This document shows positions 60,759 through 64,000 of a stretch of DNA of 64,000 bases, piece by piece; the stretch's first letter is position 1; every line of letters starts with the position of its first letter. The translations under genes and the position numbers were made by a program. Location of the stretch: contig OZ252244.1 of the NCBI GenBank assembly GCA_965249575.1, forward strand, positions 1,248,001 to 1,312,000. Reading direction: 5' to 3'. A model generated the notes under the pieces. That model saw nothing but the letters and a program-made list of their open reading frames with translations, did no database searches and had not been told where the DNA came from. The DNA comes from Gemmatimonadales bacterium (GTDB lineage: Bacteria > Gemmatimonadota > Gemmatimonadetes > Gemmatimonadales > GWC2-71-9).

Positions 60759-61890
60759 GGCGGCACAGGAGCTCACCTTCGGCGGTCAAATCAGGCCGCG
60801 ATTTGAGTTTCGCATGCCGGGCGCCAACGAAGAGGACGTATTCACATCGATGCGTGCCCGCGCGCAGCTCCGGGCCGCACTGGAACGCAACGTTTCGCTC
60901 TTCTTCCAGATCCAGGACGTGCGCCTGTGGGGTGAGGAAACAAGCACGCTCACCGATTTCTCGGCGGACAATCTCGACCTGCACCAGGGCTATCTCGAGG
61001 TCTCGTGGGGCGCGGACGTAAATCTGCGGGCACGCGTCGGACGCCAAGTGACGGCGTACGGGGGGGAGCGGCTCATCGGGGCAGTGGAATGGACCCAGCA
61101 GGGGAGAGCCTTTGACGGGTTTCGGCTGAACGCGGCGGGTCCCTTCGGCTCCGTAGATGTGTTTGGATTCAAGCTCGCGGAGGGAGACGCGCCCGGGATC
61201 GTGAGTGACGCCGAAGTCCTGGGGGCGTACGCGCAGATCGACGGTGTCGCCGGCGGCGCGATCGACCTCTACACCATCTTCAATCGCGTCGGCGACCCGG
61301 CCGGTACGAAGCAGGCGACCGTGGGCGCGCGCCTCGCAGGTCGGGGCCGCCGTACATCATACCGGTTTGAGGGATCCTATCAGTTGGGCACACGAGATGG
61401 GCTCGACGCCAGCGCTTTCATGCTGGGTGCCCGCGTGGGGAGGTCATTCCTCGACGGGCGTGCGCGGCTCGTCCTCTGGTACGACTACCTATCGGGGGAT
61501 GATGATCCTGCTGACGGCCGGGTCAATGTCTTCGAGACCCTGTTCGCGACCAACCACAAGTTCTATGGTTTCGCCGACCTCTTTCTCAACATTCCGGCAC
61601 ACACGGGAGGGCTCGGTCTCCAAGATGCGGCCATCAAGGCGTCTTTTGACCCCATCGACGACTTGCAGCTCAGCGCCGATCTCCATTCTTTCCACCTAGC
61701 GAAGGAGGGCGCTCTGAGCACGAGGCATCTTGGGGAAGAGATCGATTTCACAGCCCGCTATCGATACAGCCCCAACCTCACTGCCACCGCCGGGATCTCA
61801 CATGTGATCGAGGCGGCGGCGCTGCGAGCGCTCGGACGACTCGCCGAGGACATGATGTTCGCCTACGTCATGCTGGACGCGAGCCTGTGA
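60757..61890 (+). CDS. Alginate-export (AlgE-like) family outer membrane porin, signal peptide missing, fused in frame to the nirK fragment
   Basis: GQIRPRFE.R, QIQDVR.WG, LHQGY, GRQ..AYG.ERLIG..EW.Q.GR.FDG, YDYLSGD, F..LF.TNHKFYG.AD.F and LGEEID. Confidence 0.85.
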   Translation, partial: QAAQELTFGGQIRPRFEFRMPGANEEDVFTSMRARAQLRAALERNVSLFFQIQDVRLWGEETSTLTDFSADNLDLHQGYLEVSWGADVNLRARVGRQVTAYGGERLIGAVEWTQQGRAFDGFRLNAAGPFGSVDVFGFKLAEGDAPGIVSDAEVLGAYAQIDGVAGGAIDLYTIFNRVGDPAGTKQATVGARLAGRGRRTSYRFEGSYQLGTRDGLDASAFMLGARVGRSFLDGRARLVLWYDYLSGDDDPADGRVNVFETLFATNHKFYGFADLFLNIPAHTGGLGLQDAAIKASFDPIDDLQLSADLHSFHLAKEGALSTRHLGEEIDFTARYRYSPNLTATAGISHVIEAAALRALGRLAEDMMFAYVMLDASL

Positions 61891-62019
61891 GCCCCGCACC
61901 GACCTTGTGACAACGTCAACTCGCTCGTTCTCACCGGGGGAACGCACCCAAAACAGACGGCGCCGCGTTTGCAGCTACTGCAAGCGCGGCGCCCAATCCG
62001 TGTCCGAAACAGCGGCCCC

Positions 62020-62847
62020 CTAGAGCGCACTCCGCTGGAACCCGGGTGTCACCCGAGCTGGAGGAGTGACGCAGCCCGGCCCCCCGATCGTCACGCTGAC
62101 GGGTCCATCGGGCCCGCCAAACGTCAAACCGATGCCCACTCCCTGACCCCGCTGCGGGTTGGCAATGATCCCGCCCTGCCCCGGCCCACCAATCGTCACG
62201 CCGCCGGCCGGTCCCGCGAGGGTCCCACCCACTCCAGGTACGCCGAGGCCCCCACCGGGCCCACCAACAGCACCCCCGGCCCCCTGCCCACCAATGAGCC
62301 CGTCCATGCCGGTCCCGCCATGCTCACCGGTCGTCCCTCCGGGGCCGATGTTCCCGCCTCCCGGATGGAGAAGGCTCCACAGCGGCGACGTTGCATCTTC
62401 GCTCTTGCGGGTCGCACGAGCCACCCGCCGGATGGGGTGCACCGTACGCACCTCAGGCGACCCTAGCTCGACCGCCGCAAGCTGAACGACCGCCTCATCC
62501 GCTAGGCTGGCTTGAGAAAGGCCAGTTGGGTCGAAGCCCGGGGACGTTAAACTCCGCGACTCCTCCGAAGTGGACGAGAGCGCGAGAGACGCCCAGCTCG
62601 GCACCAGCCCCTGCAAGTCTACTGACGGGAGCCGCGGCTCCGTGCGGAACTCGTCTGCCTCGGCCACGCGCACCACCGTCGTGTCGAGCACGCCCTCGGT
62701 GGTCAACCGTCCGGCGCTGGCCGCTCCCAGCGCCACGGCGACGACGAGTGCGCCGTGAATTCCGGCTGAAACGGCACCACTCGATAGCTTCTGTCTGAGT
62801 GTCGCCTTTGTCCGGCGAGTCCTGGTCTGGACGCGGCTATCAAGCAC
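62020..62847 (-). CDS. Membrane-anchored protein with a TonB-like N-terminus and a Gly/Pro-rich C-terminus
   Basis: AGGAGG+GTG at 62847; TM anchor with S-x3-H (VSAGIHGAL); ends in low-complexity GGPG repeats with no TonB_C domain. Confidence 0.4.
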   Translation of the reverse strand: MLDSRVQTRTRRTKATLRQKLSSGAVSAGIHGALVVAVALGAASAGRLTTEGVLDTTVVRVAEADEFRTEPRLPSVDLQGLVPSWASLALSSTSEESRSLTSPGFDPTGLSQASLADEAVVQLAAVELGSPEVRTVHPIRRVARATRKSEDATSPLWSLLHPGGGNIGPGGTTGEHGGTGMDGLIGGQGAGGAVGGPGGGLGVPGVGGTLAGPAGGVTIGGPGQGGIIANPQRGQGVGIGLTFGGPDGPVSVTIGGPGCVTPPARVTPGFQRSAL

Positions 62848-62925
62848 TGACCCCTCCTGTCCAGTCTTTCGGTGAAACGCGCGATCTACAAGGTCTCCCC
62901 AGATAGCCCCGCAGTCAACGCTTTG

Positions 62926-63064
62926 TTCCCCCTCGCCCCCCACCCCCACTCCGCCAACGAGGAGGCTCCGCTCCCCTGAGGACCGGGCTGGGGGTGGGGG
63001 TGGGGGTAGTCTCCTCACTGCTCACTCCTCACTCGGAGGGGTGGTGCGGGGAGGGGTCCGTGGT
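62926..63064. repeat. Intergenic heptamer/palindromic element (copy after paralogue 15)
   Basis: CTCCTCACTGCTCACTCCTCACTCGG at 63011-63036, with cccccaccccca/tgggggtggggg arms. Confidence 0.7.
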
Positions 63065-64000
63065 TCAGCTCACTCGCGCTGGCGCCCGCGCCCCGTCCGG
63101 CCCGTTGTCCCAATCCTGAGCGGTGGAGTTGTCCGGCATCCCCCAGTCGTGCCCGTTCCAGCCGTTGAACCCGTCCATCCTGAAGGTCCAGAAGCCAGTA
63201 TTGAAGTCGGTCATGACAATCAGGCCGTCGGCATCGCGGACGTCGACTCCCACGGCTCCGCTCTGCACGTTCCCGGGATACCAGATACCAGCGCCGTGCG
63301 GGCCGTCGTAGGTATCGTAGAAACCCACTGTGTAGGGATTCGTCGGGTCCATCATGTTGAAGACGTACAACCCGTCCTCGTAGGCGGACACGAATACGTA
63401 CGGCCAGCGCACTTCGTGGTTGTGCGCGACGTTCTTCCAGTCGGGCGTCCAGGCGCCGATGGGGCGGGAGATGGTCTTGACCTCGCCCTCGAGCCCGGGC
63501 TTGAGGTCGAAGATGCGCAGCGGAGCATAGGGGTACTCGTATTCCGCCACCGCGTATCGTCCGTCTGGAGTGGGCGTGAACGTGTGCGCCCAGTCGATGC
63601 CGGACACGCCAGTGACGGACGTGATCGCCCGCGGCTCCTCAGGCCGCGTGATGTCGAAGACGTAACACCCCCCGTTGCCGGCTCCGTAGAACCGGTCCTG
63701 TCGGGATACCGGATCGTAGTGAATGGCGAAGTCGTGGTAGAACCCACGTCCGAAGGGCGACTCCGGTGCCGGGACACGGCCAATGAGTCCTTGCTCTGGA
63801 TCGCCGTCGAGAAACTTCTCCATGTCGTAGATGTTCGCGTACGGCGCGATCGGGTCCCGCCTAGTCGTGACCAGCAGTACGCGACCATCGGAGTGTTTGT
63901 AGGAAAACAGTTCGTGAAACCCGCCCGGAGCATCGGGCGCCCGTACTCTGCCGATCTCCCGGACCGTAGCCGTATCGGGCAGTCCGGTGACGTCGAACAC
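63065..64000 (-). CDS. Secreted LVIVD-like beta-propeller protein, paralogue 15 (5' end outside the window)
   Basis: FDVTGLPD, GGFHE, YHD, AHTF, HNHEVRWP and the tail WNGHDWGMPD.S.AQDWDNGPDGA. Confidence 0.85.
   Translation of the reverse strand: MFDVTGLPDTATVREIGRVRAPDAPGGFHELFSYKHSDGRVLLVTTRRDPIAPYANIYDMEKFLDGDPEQGLIGRVPAPESPFGRGFYHDFAIHYDPVSRQDRFYGAGNGGCYVFDITRPEEPRAITSVTGVSGIDWAHTFTPTPDGRYAVAEYEYPYAPLRIFDLKPGLEGEVKTISRPIGAWTPDWKNVAHNHEVRWPYVFVSAYEDGLYVFNMMDPTNPYTVGFYDTYDGPHGAGIWYPGNVQSGAVGVDVRDADGLIVMTDFNTGFWTFRMDGFNGWNGHDWGMPDNSTAQDWDNGPDGARAPARVS

Noticed and set aside
3129..63064. Intergenic repeats as a CRISPR array or integron attC sites
   Set aside because: There is no regular repeat-spacer periodicity and no cas genes. 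There are no RYYYAAC/GTTRRRY ends and no integron integrase in the window.
3227..64000. Diversity-generating retroelement behind the paralogue variation
   Set aside because: No reverse transcriptase and no near-identical template/variable repeat pair with adenine-specific differences were seen. Divergence is gene-wide.

Overview
GC-rich bacterial DNA. The gene content suggests Gemmatimonadota, but this is an inference only. The window is dominated by 15 paralogues of one uncharacterised secreted ~450-aa LVIVD-like beta-propeller protein. All lie on the minus strand, in arrays of 6, 2 and 5 plus 2 singletons. All 15 keep four His motifs (GG[FI]H[NE], [YFW]HD, [GA]HTF, HNxE) and a Trp-rich C-terminal tail, while the loops between them vary. 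Five copies carry a CCGAGTGRG motif 25-28 nt after the stop codon, within imperfectly palindromic spacers. The rest of the window is mostly nitrogen-scavenging and envelope genes: glnA, a TetR-TolC-MFP-RND efflux operon, CocE/NonD hydrolases, a cyanophycinase-like peptidase, amidohydrolases, a split ArgZ/AgrE-like pair nested between TAXI-TRAP genes, ExbBD, and a nirK 5' fragment behind a perfect Rex-type operator. Several ORFs are chimeric (abrupt deletion-like junctions) and many carry 1-2 nt frameshifts, so sequence or assembly quality is a caveat throughout. No rRNA, tRNA, CRISPR array or transposase was recognised.
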